Below are positions 28,216 through 38,579 of a stretch of DNA of 64,000 nt, one piece after another. Below the pieces are notes generated by a model. The model was not told the origin of the DNA and made no database searches. It worked only from the letters and a program-made list of their open reading frames with translations. Position 1 is the stretch's first letter. Every line of letters begins with the position of its first letter. Origin of the DNA: a bacterium (GTDB taxonomy: Bacteria > UBA8248); the NCBI GenBank assembly GCA_965199855.1, contig OZ241326.1, forward strand, positions 608,001 to 672,000. Reading direction: 5' to 3'. The position numbers were made by a program, and so were the translations under genes.

Positions 28216-29589
28216 ATGGATGAACTCAGGGTATTGTCCGTGTGCGGAAATCTGGGCTACGGGTTTCCCGAAGCCTCTCTTGCGAACGGCATCGCGCGCG
28301 ACCCGCACTTCATGGGGGCGGACAACGGCTCCACGGACGCCGGGCCCTATTATCTCGGAAGCGGCGATCAGCTCACGAAGCGCGAGCAGATATTGCGCGA
28401 CCTGGGCTTTTCGCTCGCCGCCGCCAGAAGGAAGAGGATACCCTACGTCATCGGCTCGGCGGGGACGGCGGGCGGCGACCCCCACGTGGACAGCGTGCTC
28501 GACGTGATGCGCGAGCTGGCGCGGCGCGACGGCCACCGCTTCAGGCTCGCGGTCATTCGCTCGGAGATGGACAGGGCGCTCCTCAAGCGCGCCGTCCGGG
28601 AGGGCCGGACGCGCCCTCTCGGCAATCTTCCCGAACTCACCGAGGAGATGGTGGACGAGAGCGTCCGCGTCGTCGGCCAGATGGGGCTGGACCCCTTCAC
28701 GCGGGCGCTGGAGGGGGGCGCGGAGGTCGTTCTCGCCGGACGCTCCTGCGACACCGCCATCTACGCCGCCTACGCCGCCATGCGGGGCTTCGACCTGGGC
28801 CTCGCCTTCCACATGGCGAAGATCATCGAGTGCGGCGCGCAGTGCGCCCTGCCCATCGGGGCGAACGACTGCATTCTGGGCGCGTTGCGCGGGGATCACT
28901 TCACGCTCGAGCCGATGAACGAGAAGATGCGGGTGACGCCCGGCTCCGTGGCCGCCCACATGATGTATGAGCAGCCCGACCCCTGTCTGTTCCACGAGCC
29001 CGAGGGGACAGTCGACCTCGCGGATTCGGCCTTCGAGCAGCTCGACGAGCGCCGCGTGCGGGTGAGCGGCAGCCGCTTCACGCCCGCCCCGAAGCCCACC
29101 ATCAAGCTGGAAGGGGCGCGCCTCAGGGGCTATCGGACGATCACCGTGGCCGGAATGACCGACCCGCGCCTCATAGCGAGCCTGGACGAGGTGGAGGCGA
29201 GCGTGAGGGAGACGGTCGCCGAGATGGTGCGGGGGTCGCTGGCGCCCGGGGACTACGAGCTGCGCTTCATCTTCTACGGGCGGGACGGCGTGCTGGGCCG
29301 CCCGGCGCCGGCTGCGGCGAACGGGGCGGCGCGCCCCCGGGAGGTCGGCGTGGTCATGGAGGCCATCGCGCGGGATCAGCGGACGGCGAACGCCGTCCTC
29401 TCCCTGGCGCGGAGCGGCTTTCTGCACTGCGGCTTCGAGGGGCGCAAGGCCACCGCGGGCAACCTCGCCTTCCCCTTCTCGCCGTCCGACTTCGAGGGCG
29501 GGCCGGTCTATGAGTTTCACATCTACCACCTGATGGAGCTCGAGGACGCAGGCGCGCCGTTCGAGGTCGAATACGCGCAGGTGGGCTGA
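28216..29589 (+). CDS. Acyclic terpene utilisation AtuA-family (DUF1446) protein
   Basis: LGYGFP, DNGSTDAGPYYLG, GSAGTAG, AKIIECGA, AAHMMYE. Confidence 0.85.
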   Translation: MDELRVLSVCGNLGYGFPEASLANGIARDPHFMGADNGSTDAGPYYLGSGDQLTKREQILRDLGFSLAAARRKRIPYVIGSAGTAGGDPHVDSVLDVMRELARRDGHRFRLAVIRSEMDRALLKRAVREGRTRPLGNLPELTEEMVDESVRVVGQMGLDPFTRALEGGAEVVLAGRSCDTAIYAAYAAMRGFDLGLAFHMAKIIECGAQCALPIGANDCILGALRGDHFTLEPMNEKMRVTPGSVAAHMMYEQPDPCLFHEPEGTVDLADSAFEQLDERRVRVSGSRFTPAPKPTIKLEGARLRGYRTITVAGMTDPRLIASLDEVEASVRETVAEMVRGSLAPGDYELRFIFYGRDGVLGRPAPAAANGAARPREVGVVMEAIARDQRTANAVLSLARSGFLHCGFEGRKATAGNLAFPFSPSDFEGGPVYEFHIYHLMELEDAGAPFEVEYAQVG

Positions 29590-29591
29590 GG

Positions 29592-29903
29592 ATGGAGCGG
29601 CTCTACGACCTGGCCGAGGTGCTGCGCAGCAAGAACGCGGGCCCCCTGAGCATCACCATCGATCTGCTGTTCCCCGACGAGGCGGCATACAGGCGGGTCG
29701 CCGACAGCGAGGCGCTCTCGCCCGGCGTCGTCGCCGAGCTCTACGAACTGGCGGTCGAGGACGTGAGGATCATCCATTTCGACGCGGCCAACGCCATCAA
29801 GATCACCCTGCCGAGAAAGGGGCCGACCTCGGGCGCGCCGGGCGACCGGGACGTCTACGGCGCCCAGCAGCACGGCCCCCTGCTCGGCGTCATGATTCCC
29901 TGA
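29592..29903 (+). CDS. DUF4387 family protein (partner of DUF1446)
   Basis: LRSKNAGP..ITIDL and GDRDVYGAQQHGPL. Confidence 0.85.
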   Translation: MERLYDLAEVLRSKNAGPLSITIDLLFPDEAAYRRVADSEALSPGVVAELYELAVEDVRIIHFDAANAIKITLPRKGPTSGAPGDRDVYGAQQHGPLLGVMIP

Positions 29904-29954
29904 AGCCGAAGCCCCGGCGGCCGCGCGGCGCCGGGGGACGAGGAGGCCTCCCCG

Positions 29955-31340
29955 ATGGACGTCGAACGGGTCATTGCGCGAATCGAGGAGGATTTCGAGT
30001 CCTCCCACCTCGAGCGTCTTCTGAAATACATCCGCCAGCCGAGCGTCTCCGCCCTGAACCTCGGAAACGAGGAGATGGCGCGGATGCTGGCCGAGGAGAT
30101 CGCCGAGGCCGGCGGCAGCGCGGAGGTGGTGGAGACTTCGGAGTTTCCCGTCGTCTTCGGCTTCATCGACGAGGGCGCGGAGCGGACGCTCCTCTGTCAC
30201 GGCCTCTACGACGTGACGCCGGCGGAGGAGCCGAACTGGATGAACCCGCCCTTCGAGCCGCGCGTCCGGGAGCTGGAGGGGCTGGGGCGCTGCGTCGTGG
30301 GGCGCGGCGCGGAGGACATGAAGACGGGCATCGCCTGCGCGATGAACGCGGTGTTCGCCGCGCGCGCCGCCGGCGAGAGGCTGCCGATCAACCTGATGTT
30401 CGTCCACGAGGCGTCCGAGCTCGGAAGCGGCGGAATCATGGACTTCTTCCCGCGCTACCGGGAGAGGATGCGGAAGGCGGACGCCGTCTGCTGGCTCTGC
30501 CCCATGGCGCACGCCGACGGGACGCCCATCGTCCCCCTGGGGCTCAAAGGCAACCTGATGGGCAGGCTCTTCTGCCGTCCGGGGGCGTGGGGCGGGCCGA
30601 CGGGTAACGAGATTCACGCCCTCCACGCCAACTGGGTGGGCAATCCCGCCGAGCGCCTGGCCGAGGCGGTCGTCCATCTGCAGGCGAGGCTGGGGGAGAT
30701 ATACGAAAGCGGCGCGGGGTGGACGCCGAGCGCGGCGCAGGAGGCGCTCTGCCGGGAGCTTGCGGCGCGCATGGACCCCGAAGCGCTCAGGCGAACCCTG
30801 GGAGTCGAGCGGCTTCGCCGGGAGGATTTTCGCGCCGCCCTCCGCGCCCACCTGTTCAAGCCGGAGTTCACCCTCATCGGGCTTCAGGCGGGCTTCATCG
30901 GCGAGGGAAAATCCGTCAAGGTGAGCATCCCCTCCGAGGCGCAGGCGGTGGTGAACATGCGCTTTCAGCCGGGGGAGGATCCGGACGAGCGCATAGAGAA
31001 CGTCCGCGCCATCCTCGCCGAGGGCGGCTACGGCGACGTGGAGTTCGTCGTGAACAACCGCTACGCGGGCGGCGGAACGGCGCCGGATCACCCCCTCGTC
31101 GCGTGCGTTCTCGAGGCGCACGCCGCCATGGGCGCGGACCCTGAGGTCTGGCCCGCGCATCCGGCGGGGATGCCGGTCGCGCTGTGGACGGAAGGTCTGG
31201 GCGTTCCCTGGATCGGCGGGCTTCCCTGCCACGCCATGAACAAGCACGCGGCGAACGAATACGCGCAGACGGCGGGCGTCCTCCGCGCCGAGAAGTTCCT
31301 GGCGCGCCTCTTCGAGGGCTTCTCGCGGCTCTCGTATTGA
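29955..31340 (+). CDS. M20/M25/M40 family metallohydrolase
   Basis: QPSVS, YDVTP..WMNPPFEP, GRGAEDMK, HAANE. Confidence 0.85.
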   Translation: MDVERVIARIEEDFESSHLERLLKYIRQPSVSALNLGNEEMARMLAEEIAEAGGSAEVVETSEFPVVFGFIDEGAERTLLCHGLYDVTPAEEPNWMNPPFEPRVRELEGLGRCVVGRGAEDMKTGIACAMNAVFAARAAGERLPINLMFVHEASELGSGGIMDFFPRYRERMRKADAVCWLCPMAHADGTPIVPLGLKGNLMGRLFCRPGAWGGPTGNEIHALHANWVGNPAERLAEAVVHLQARLGEIYESGAGWTPSAAQEALCRELAARMDPEALRRTLGVERLRREDFRAALRAHLFKPEFTLIGLQAGFIGEGKSVKVSIPSEAQAVVNMRFQPGEDPDERIENVRAILAEGGYGDVEFVVNNRYAGGGTAPDHPLVACVLEAHAAMGADPEVWPAHPAGMPVALWTEGLGVPWIGGLPCHAMNKHAANEYAQTAGVLRAEKFLARLFEGFSRLSY

Positions 31341-31664
31341 CGGGAGGCGGGGGCGTCCGCGTTCTCTCTTTCCTCAAAGCGGCGCGGGACGCGAACGGCC
31401 CCGGAAGGCGTATCAATAAGAGGGCGGCCGCTTGCCGGGCGAGGCGCCCGGCGCGGGAGACCCCTTATTACTTCAGCCCGGGGATGTCTCGGGAATCGGG
31501 GTGAAAGGATTCGGCAGGCCGTGAAGCGCCGTGGTCGGGCTTGGAAAGCGTTGAGCGACCCGACCTGAAGAGTTCTCCGAATGGCTCGACCCCTGTCCGG
31601 GAGAAGCGCGCGGCTCCGCAACAGGCGGGCCCCGCCTTTTGAAAAAACGCACCCGGTCCGAGAA

Positions 31665-32390
31665 TCACCCGCTTCCCGCAGGCGGCCAGACGCGCTCTCC
31701 CAGGCTGGGAGAGCTGGGGGCGTGAACCAGGGTGCTCACCGCCCGGCGCGAGCGGGGTATCTTCTCCGTGATGAAGTTTTCCCGGAGGGATTCGAGGGAG
31801 ACCCACTCGTAGAGAATGCCGTGTTTGGCCCAGCCGGAAACCGAAACCAGATTGCGCGCCCCGACGCATCCCTTCATCCTCGTCAATCTGGGCATTCGCT
31901 CCTGGGCGTACCAGCACCCCAGCTCATCCTCGTTTTCAACGGCGTTGACGTTGAAGGTTCCGAACTGGATGCCGGGGCCCGGCGTGAGGCCCGGCGCGCG
32001 GGTTTTCGCCTCGGGGCCATCGATCCGGTTGTGCTCCATGAAAATGCACGAGCGCGCGTTTTTTCGCCGCCCTAGCATTTCGCGCTCCTCCAGGGTCATC
32101 TTCTCCTCCATCTGCTCGGGAGACGGGTCGAGGAAAACGCTTGGCCCCGGCGCGCCGAAAAGCATCAAATACTGAATGCCCGCCGGGACGCTTTCGTCCT
32201 CGGTGTGATGGACGATTCCTCGAATGCGCTCCTCGCGCTCCCGGGTCGCGACGTTCTTCACGTGCGCCGCCCACAGGTAGCCCGGGCGCGCGAGCGCGTC
32301 GGGGATATGGACTTCGTGAAGCCAGGAGAGATATTCGGCTTCTCCTTCCCGGGCGAGGTCATACCAGACCGCCCAGATTCCTCTGTCCAT
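31665..32390 (-). CDS. Conserved hypothetical protein with two EthD/DUF4286-like repeats
   Basis: YLSWLHEVHIPDALARPG and WYAQERMPRL..GCVGAR duplicated pattern. GGAG RBS. Confidence 0.65.
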   Translation of the reverse strand: MDRGIWAVWYDLAREGEAEYLSWLHEVHIPDALARPGYLWAAHVKNVATREREERIRGIVHHTEDESVPAGIQYLMLFGAPGPSVFLDPSPEQMEEKMTLEEREMLGRRKNARSCIFMEHNRIDGPEAKTRAPGLTPGPGIQFGTFNVNAVENEDELGCWYAQERMPRLTRMKGCVGARNLVSVSGWAKHGILYEWVSLESLRENFITEKIPRSRRAVSTLVHAPSSPSLGERVWPPAGSG

Positions 32391-32680
32391 TTATCGACTC
32401 CCCCTCATATACGCTCCCGACGCGCTCGCTGCTTCAAGGTGGGCGGGGCAATTCCGGGCAGGTTACCACATGTCTTATGGGAGGAGGGATGGAAGGGAGC
32501 TTCCCGCAGGGGGAGTCCGCTTTTGATTGGCGGGTTGACGCTCGGGGCGATTCCTGCTAGACCTCATCGCACAAGCGAGAAAGATGAAGAAGCGGCGGCG
32601 CCTCCAGGAATCGGAGCTCCGTCCTCGAAGGCGGCGTGAATGAGGACGGCGCGCGTTCCATCTCCACGGAGGGAGGGGGC

Positions 32681-33157
32681 ATGCGAAAAGCCGATGTCTG
32701 CGCGGCGATCGTTTTTTTGCTCTACAGCGCCGTCGGCTTTTTCTACATCATCCCGACGCAGATTCAGTATGCCATTCCCCCGGAAGATGTTTCCAACGCG
32801 GTTTTTCTGCCCACCTTCTTTCCCACCTCTTCCGTCGTCGTCTTCGCGCTGGTCAGCGTCATGTTCCTTTTCGGGGCGCTCAGAAGAAGCGAGGGGCGGC
32901 CGCAGGCGCTCGCTAGCAAAAGGGCGTTGCTGCAGGTGTGCGCGGTCTTCGCCGCCTGCTACGTCTATGTCGAGTCTATGGCGTATTTCGGCTTCCTGCT
33001 GAGTTCTCCGGTTTTTCTCGCCGCCTTGATGATGTTCATGGGAACGCGCGACTGGCGATACGTCGCGCCCATGGCCGTTTTGTTTCCCGTCGGGGTGAAT
33101 TATTTCTTCTGGTTCGCCTTCAAACTGGCGCTGCCCCAAGGCAGCCTTTTCCATTAA
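32681..33157 (+). CDS. tctB: Tripartite tricarboxylate transporter TctB
   Basis: Hydrophobic segments, PTFFP, FGFLLS, FKLALPQG. Confidence 0.8.
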   Translation: MRKADVCAAIVFLLYSAVGFFYIIPTQIQYAIPPEDVSNAVFLPTFFPTSSVVVFALVSVMFLFGALRRSEGRPQALASKRALLQVCAVFAACYVYVESMAYFGFLLSSPVFLAALMMFMGTRDWRYVAPMAVLFPVGVNYFFWFAFKLALPQGSLFH

Positions 33158-33165
33158 GAGGGCGC

Positions 33166-34704
33166 ATGTTCGAGCAAATCATCCAGGGAATCTCGATGGC
33201 GCTCACGTGGCAGGGTCTGGCCATGATCGCGGTGGGCGTCTTCGTGGGCATCACGGTGGGCGCCATTCCGGGCCTCACCAGCGTCATGGCGACGGCGATT
33301 CTGGTTCCCTTCTCCTTCTTCATGCCGCCGGTTCTGGGCATCCCCTTTTTGCTGGGCATCCACAAGGGAACGCTCTTCGGAGGTTCCATCCCCGCCATCC
33401 TGGTGAACACGCCGGGAACGGCGCCCGCCGCCGCGACCTGCATGGACGGATTTCCTCTGGCGCAAAAGGGCGAAGCCCGGAGCGCCATTCAAATGGCGCT
33501 GTATTCCTCCACCATCGGAGACACCTTCAGCGATCTCGTTCTTATTCTGGCGGCGCTTCCGCTGGCCGCGGTGGCGCTCCTGTTCGGGCCGGCCGAGTTT
33601 TTCGGACTCCTGCTGATGGGCATGGCCATCATCTCCAGCGTGACGGGAGCCTCCGTGGTGAAGGGCGTGCTCTCCGCTCTGATCGGCCTCCAGCTCGGGA
33701 TGGTGGGCACGGATATCATTTCGGGAGGGGAGCGCTTCACGTTCGGCCTTCCCGGCCTGGCCGAGGGAGTGGGGGTGGTGCCCCTGCTCATCGGGCTTTT
33801 CGCCGTCAGCGAGGTTTTCATCCAGGCGGAAAAGCGGGCCGTCGATTTGGCGCGCCCGCCCGAAGCCCTGCGCCTGCAGGGGGGCAGGACGCTGAAGATC
33901 GCCGAGGTCTGGAACTCCGCTCGGACCATCGTGCGCTCGTCCATGATAGGCACCTTCGTCGGCGCGATTCCGGGGACGGGGGCGGCCATCGCCACCTTCG
34001 TCAGCTACGCGGCGGCGAAGCGGGCGGCGAAGCGGCCGGAGGAGTTCGGCCGCGGCAGCTATGAGGGCGTCGCGGCCTCCGAGGCGGCCAACAGCGCGGT
34101 CGCGGGCGCGGACCTGATACCCACCCTGACGTTCGGAATCCCGGGCGACCCCAGCGCGGCGATTCTCATGGGCGCGTTCATCGCCCAGGGGCTGCGGCCG
34201 GGGCCAAGCCTTTTTCAGGAGCACGCCCCCGTCATGTACGCCATCTTCACGCTGCTCCTCCTGGGGAACCCCATCATGCTGATCCAGGGCTGGCTGCTCA
34301 CGGGCATGTTCGCCAAAATCGTCACCATCCGTCAGTCGATACTGGTGCCGGGGATCATTCTCTCCTGCCTCGTGGGGGCGTACGTCTATCACAGCAACTT
34401 GGGGGATCTCGTTCTCGCGCTCGTCGCGGGCCTGTTCGGCTACGGACTCCGGAAGCTGAAGTTTCCCATGGCCCCGCTCGTCATCGCGTTCATCCTCGCG
34501 CCCCGGGCGGAGGAGGCCCTGCAGCAGGCGCTCATCATTTCACGGGGCGATTATTCCATTTTCCTCACCCGTCCCATCGCGGCTTTTTTCATCGGCATGA
34601 CCGTGCTGATGCTGGCGTTGAGCATTTGGAGGCGTCCCTGGGCTTCGACGCTGAAGCCGCAGGCGCCGGTCGATTCAGCCCTTCCAAAGGAGGAATCAAG
34701 ATGA
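33166..34704 (+). CDS. tctA: Tripartite tricarboxylate transporter TctA
   Basis: GAIPGL, GGSIPAILVNTPG, EAANSA, PTLTFGIPG. Confidence 0.93.
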   Translation: MFEQIIQGISMALTWQGLAMIAVGVFVGITVGAIPGLTSVMATAILVPFSFFMPPVLGIPFLLGIHKGTLFGGSIPAILVNTPGTAPAAATCMDGFPLAQKGEARSAIQMALYSSTIGDTFSDLVLILAALPLAAVALLFGPAEFFGLLLMGMAIISSVTGASVVKGVLSALIGLQLGMVGTDIISGGERFTFGLPGLAEGVGVVPLLIGLFAVSEVFIQAEKRAVDLARPPEALRLQGGRTLKIAEVWNSARTIVRSSMIGTFVGAIPGTGAAIATFVSYAAAKRAAKRPEEFGRGSYEGVAASEAANSAVAGADLIPTLTFGIPGDPSAAILMGAFIAQGLRPGPSLFQEHAPVMYAIFTLLLLGNPIMLIQGWLLTGMFAKIVTIRQSILVPGIILSCLVGAYVYHSNLGDLVLALVAGLFGYGLRKLKFPMAPLVIAFILAPRAEEALQQALIISRGDYSIFLTRPIAAFFIGMTVLMLALSIWRRPWASTLKPQAPVDSALPKEESR

Positions 34705-35690
34705 CGCGCAAATCGTGGAGCATCGCCCTGGCGGCGATTCTGTCGCTCGGACTTCTCGCCTTCGCCGCCCCGCCCGCCGGAGCGGAGAAGTATCCCTCGA
34801 AGCCCATCAAGATCATCGTGCCCCTCGGCGCGGGAGGTTCGCACGATCTCCACGCGCGCGCCGTGGCCAGCGTGCTGCACCAGTACATCGGCCAGCCCGC
34901 GTTCGTGCAGCTCATGCCGGGCGGCGGCGGAAAGATAGGCATGGGCGCGCTCAAGCGGGCCAGACCCGACGGCTACACCCTCGCGATGGGCGCGAACAGC
35001 CATCTTTACATGTCCCCTCACGTGAAGGACATGGGCTTCGATCCCTTCAAAGACTTCATCCCCGTCTTTCAGATCAACGAGCTCCCCTACCTGCTGGTCA
35101 CGCTGGGGAACAAGCCGTGGAAGAATTTCAAGGAATACATCGCGGCGGCGAGAAAAAGCAAAGGCAAGATCATGCACGGCTCCACGGGAACGTATGGCCT
35201 CAGCCACACGATGCTCATGAAGATCGCCTACGACATGAAGGTGACGCTGAACCACGTTCCCTTCCGCGGGGGCGGCCCCGCCATGCTCGCCATGCTGGGC
35301 GGACACGTGGACACGTCGGGAGCCAACCCGGCGACGGGGGGCGTCCTCTCGAACTACAAGTCCGGCAAGATCCGCATTCTGGGCGTCGCCGCCGCGAAGC
35401 GCTTCCCGCTTTTCCCGGACGTTCCGACCTTCAGGGAGCAGGGGGTGGATCTTCTCCTCTCCTCGAAGCGCATCATCATGGCGCCCGCCGGAACGCCCGC
35501 GGATCGAATCGAGATTCTGACGAAGGCGCTGCTCAAGATGGCCAAGGACAAGACCTTCAAGCGCCTTCTGAAGAAGATGGGCGTTCGTTCGCAGCCGCTC
35601 GTCGGGGAGAAGCTCCTGAAGGAGCTGAAGGCGGAATACAACAGCAACAAGAACATTTACAAGAACGCCGGGGTCAAGATCAGGGAGTGA
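34701..35690 (+). CDS. tctC: Tripartite tricarboxylate transporter substrate-binding protein TctC
   Basis: Signal peptide, YPSKPIKIIVPLGAGG, PDGYT, HVPFRGG, PDVPT. Confidence 0.92.
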   Translation: MTRKSWSIALAAILSLGLLAFAAPPAGAEKYPSKPIKIIVPLGAGGSHDLHARAVASVLHQYIGQPAFVQLMPGGGGKIGMGALKRARPDGYTLAMGANSHLYMSPHVKDMGFDPFKDFIPVFQINELPYLLVTLGNKPWKNFKEYIAAARKSKGKIMHGSTGTYGLSHTMLMKIAYDMKVTLNHVPFRGGGPAMLAMLGGHVDTSGANPATGGVLSNYKSGKIRILGVAAAKRFPLFPDVPTFREQGVDLLLSSKRIIMAPAGTPADRIEILTKALLKMAKDKTFKRLLKKMGVRSQPLVGEKLLKELKAEYNSNKNIYKNAGVKIRE

Positions 35691-35934
35691 GGCGCGGACG
35701 CGCGAGGGAGGCCGCCGGTCATGGCGGGGGCGGATGCTCGCGCCCCGCCCGCGGCGCTTTCAGGGACGAGGCGGCGCGGGGAGCGGATGGGAGACTCGAG
35801 CGGCCCATCCGGCCGCGGGCCGGAGATCGCGGCTCCCGGAGAGGGATGGAAATCAGGGTGAAGTTCTTTTTTCGCGACGGGAGCGAGTCGATGGTCATTT
35901 GTCCGCCGTCCCGGCTGAGGGGCGGGGCTCGTCC

Positions 35935-36815
35935 GTGCGCCGCCTGAGCGATCGCCTGGTGGCGGAGACGGAATATCTCTGGGCGAACGTGGGCGCCGGG
36001 ATTACCGGGGAAGGCGTGGTTCTCATCGATTGTCCCGTGCGGCCCTCGGATTCGCGCCGCTGGCGGGACGAGCTCGCGTCTCTCAGCCCCAAGGGCGTCC
36101 GCTGGCGCATTTCGACGGATTATCACGGCGATCACGTCATCGGCGCCGCGTTCCTCGAAGATGAGGGAATCGTTTCGATCGCTCCCGCGCGCGCGTTCGA
36201 GGAGCTCGCGGCGCGAGGCGCGGCTCCCTCGCCGGCCGCGAAGCCTTCATCAGCGCCTTGAACGACATGGGGGAGCCCGACGAGGCGAATGAAATCGCTG
36301 AAGCCGTCCTCCCCCTGCCGCAGGTGTGCTTTGAAAAAGAGATGACGCTTCACCTCCATCCCCTGACGTTCGAGATTTTCTGTCTGGGCGGCCACACCCC
36401 CGCCTGCAGTTCGGTGCACGTGCCCGAGGAGGGGGTCGTCTTCACGGGCGACGTGATGATCAACGAGCCGGGCCCGGGAATGCGGGAAGCCCGCTTCCGG
36501 CAATGGATCGAGGCGCTCCGGCGAATCGAGAGCCTGCCCGTGGAGCACGTCGTCCCCGGGCATGGGGAAATATGCGGCCTCGACGAGGTGCGGGGACTCA
36601 GGAACGATTTTGAGGAGATGTGGGGGATCATGGAAAGCCTGGTGAGCGGAGGAATGAGCCGGGAAGAAGCCGCCGCCGCGCCCGCGTTCGAGAAATTCTT
36701 CTGGTCGGACGAGTCGCGGGGCGCGTCCTGGATCGAGCACAGGAGAAGAACCTTTCGGCGGGGGCTCGACAATCTCTACGCGGAAGTGAGGGAGGGAGCG
36801 GGACATGCGGGCTGA
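35935..36815 (+). pseudogene. MBL-fold metallohydrolase (cyclase-like) split by a 1-nt frameshift near 36226-36228
   Basis: The 5' ORF has ANVG, VVLID and TDYHGDH. The 3' ORF has GGHT, FTGD and VPGHG. One extra C in the CCC run would join them. Confidence 0.75.
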
Positions 36816-37221
36816 GGAGAAGAGGCTGGGCCGCGTCTTTCATCTGGAGTTCGACGAGGATGACGACTTCTTCGAGGAGTTCAACCGCTTCGTGAAGGAG
36901 GAGAACGTCCGATGCGCCTCGCTCATCGTGTTCGGCGCGCTGAAGGAATCCGACCTCCGCGCGGGCTTTCGGGAAATCATCGGGCCTTCCTCGCGGCGCC
37001 GCTTCCACGACTGGCGCGAATTCGCCGCCGTGGGGAACGTCAGCTGGCCGCGGAAGCCTCCCGCCGTTCTGGAGGATGAGGCGTGGGATGAGCCCCAGCC
37101 CTACGTTCACCTTCATCTGGCGCTGAGCGGGGGGCCCTATCAGCCCGGAGAGGTCCTGGTCGGCCATTTGAGCGGCGGAATCGTCAAGGGCGCGTTCGCC
37201 GAGGTTCACGAGTTCATCTGA
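36805..37221 (+). CDS. PPC/DUF296 domain protein
   Basis: IVFGAL, VGNVS, HLHLAL, VGHL motifs. Confidence 0.8.
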   Translation: MRAEEKRLGRVFHLEFDEDDDFFEEFNRFVKEENVRCASLIVFGALKESDLRAGFREIIGPSSRRRFHDWREFAAVGNVSWPRKPPAVLEDEAWDEPQPYVHLHLALSGGPYQPGEVLVGHLSGGIVKGAFAEVHEFI

Positions 37222-37235
37222 GCGCGGAGCGCTTC

Positions 37236-37859
37236 ATGGAAGCGGAGCGAAGAATTCAGGAGAGCCTGGACAGGAGCGAGATCAAGGACGTCGTTTCGAT
37301 AGTGAATTACGCGCGCGATTCCGGGCTTTGGGAGGAGTTGCGGACATGCTATCACCCCGACGCCACGCTCACCACCTCTTGGTTCACCGGGACGCGGGAC
37401 GAATTCATCGATGCCGCCCGGAAGATGAAGATCGCCCGCCATCCGGGAGAGAGCCAGAAGCATACCGTGACGAACCCCTGGGTTCGCCTCAGGGGCGACC
37501 GCGCGGCGGCGGAGCATGACCTGATTCTCTACCAGAGAAGGCTGATCGACGGGGCGGAGCTGGATTTCACCACCTGGAGCCGCGTCGTCGCCCTGCTCGA
37601 GAAGCGCGAGGGCGCATGGCGGATCTGGAAGCGAACAAACATCTATGAAAAGGACAGGATGGACCCCTGCAGGCCCGATGAGCTGCCCGCTTCGTTTTAC
37701 GCCTCCATCGACTTGAAGGGATACCCCCGCGCCATTCGCTATCACTGCTGGCGAAACGCCGGCATCGGCCATCCCCCCGCCCCGAACCTCGTCCTCAAGA
37801 ACAGCGCGGAGGAGCGCGCCGTCCGAGAGGAGGCCGAGAGGTGGCTCGCGGGGGGCTGA
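37236..37859 (+). CDS. SnoaL-like / NTF2 family protein
   Basis: LDRSEI..ARDSGLWEEL..CYHPDA, LEKREGAWRI, YEKDR. Confidence 0.8.
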   Translation: MEAERRIQESLDRSEIKDVVSIVNYARDSGLWEELRTCYHPDATLTTSWFTGTRDEFIDAARKMKIARHPGESQKHTVTNPWVRLRGDRAAAEHDLILYQRRLIDGAELDFTTWSRVVALLEKREGAWRIWKRTNIYEKDRMDPCRPDELPASFYASIDLKGYPRAIRYHCWRNAGIGHPPAPNLVLKNSAEERAVREEAERWLAGG

Positions 37860-37976
37860 GGCCCGGTCTCGTCCCTGCTTGCCATCAACTACCCGTCAAT
37901 TAAATTTATGCAACGAAATCAGTAGGTTATGGGATTTTTCGGGATGTTTTCCCGTTTTCCATCAACTAAAAAGGCG

Positions 37977-38579
37977 TCATTTTGACTGCATGAGCGTCTC
38001 GATAAAGCATTTCGCGTGAGGGGACGCTTCCTGAACTTTGGCCGGATCCAGCGTCGCCAGAATATCGAAGCCGTGCGAGCCCTTGTCGTAGCGGCGTTTC
38101 GCAGTCTCTCGGGCGGCTTGCCCGAGGCCGTCAAGAACGTCCTTTTTGGAAATCTCTTCGATTTGCGGATTCGCCGGCAGCGCGCTCTCCCGAAAACCCT
38201 GGCCATAAAACTCCCCGAGCGCGTTCTTGTCCGCAAGAAACCAGGACTCCATAACCTGCACCATGAAATGGCACTGATCATTGCTCGCCTCGCTGGGTCG
38301 TTCCCATGAGTCATGCTCCCGCTCTTCAAGGTGTTGCCATGGGTCTTTTGCTCTTATCGGGTCTTCGGAGTCCACGAGAAGGATGGCGGTTGAATCCTTG
38401 ACGTTCTGAATATGAAACTTGAATCTTTCGTAAGCGTCCCTGCGAGTGCCGCAGGCAACGATTCCCGGCATTCGTCCGCTCAATCCCGCCTTCTCGATAA
38501 AAATCCTGAAGCCTTTGCGGCACGCCGTTCTCTGCGATGTCCGCGCGCCGCCGCCTTCTACGAAGAGCTTGACGCTCAC
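37977..38579 (-). CDS. DUF4276 family protein (TOPRIM-like)
   Basis: LFVEGGG, LLVDSED, MVQVMESWFLAD, YDKG. GTGA overlap with the ATPase stop codon. Confidence 0.85.
   Translation of the reverse strand: MSVKLFVEGGGARTSQRTACRKGFRIFIEKAGLSGRMPGIVACGTRRDAYERFKFHIQNVKDSTAILLVDSEDPIRAKDPWQHLEEREHDSWERPSEASNDQCHFMVQVMESWFLADKNALGEFYGQGFRESALPANPQIEEISKKDVLDGLGQAARETAKRRYDKGSHGFDILATLDPAKVQEASPHAKCFIETLMQSK

Noticed and set aside
31476-31616. 6S RNA
   Set aside because: The stem beyond the central bubble is too short and the total length is below typical 6S. Kept only as an unassigned structured-RNA candidate.
35846-35947. Short ORF MEIRVKFFFRDGSESMVICPPS... with an RBS-like sequence
   Set aside because: No recognisable family, and it cannot be distinguished from chance without homologs.
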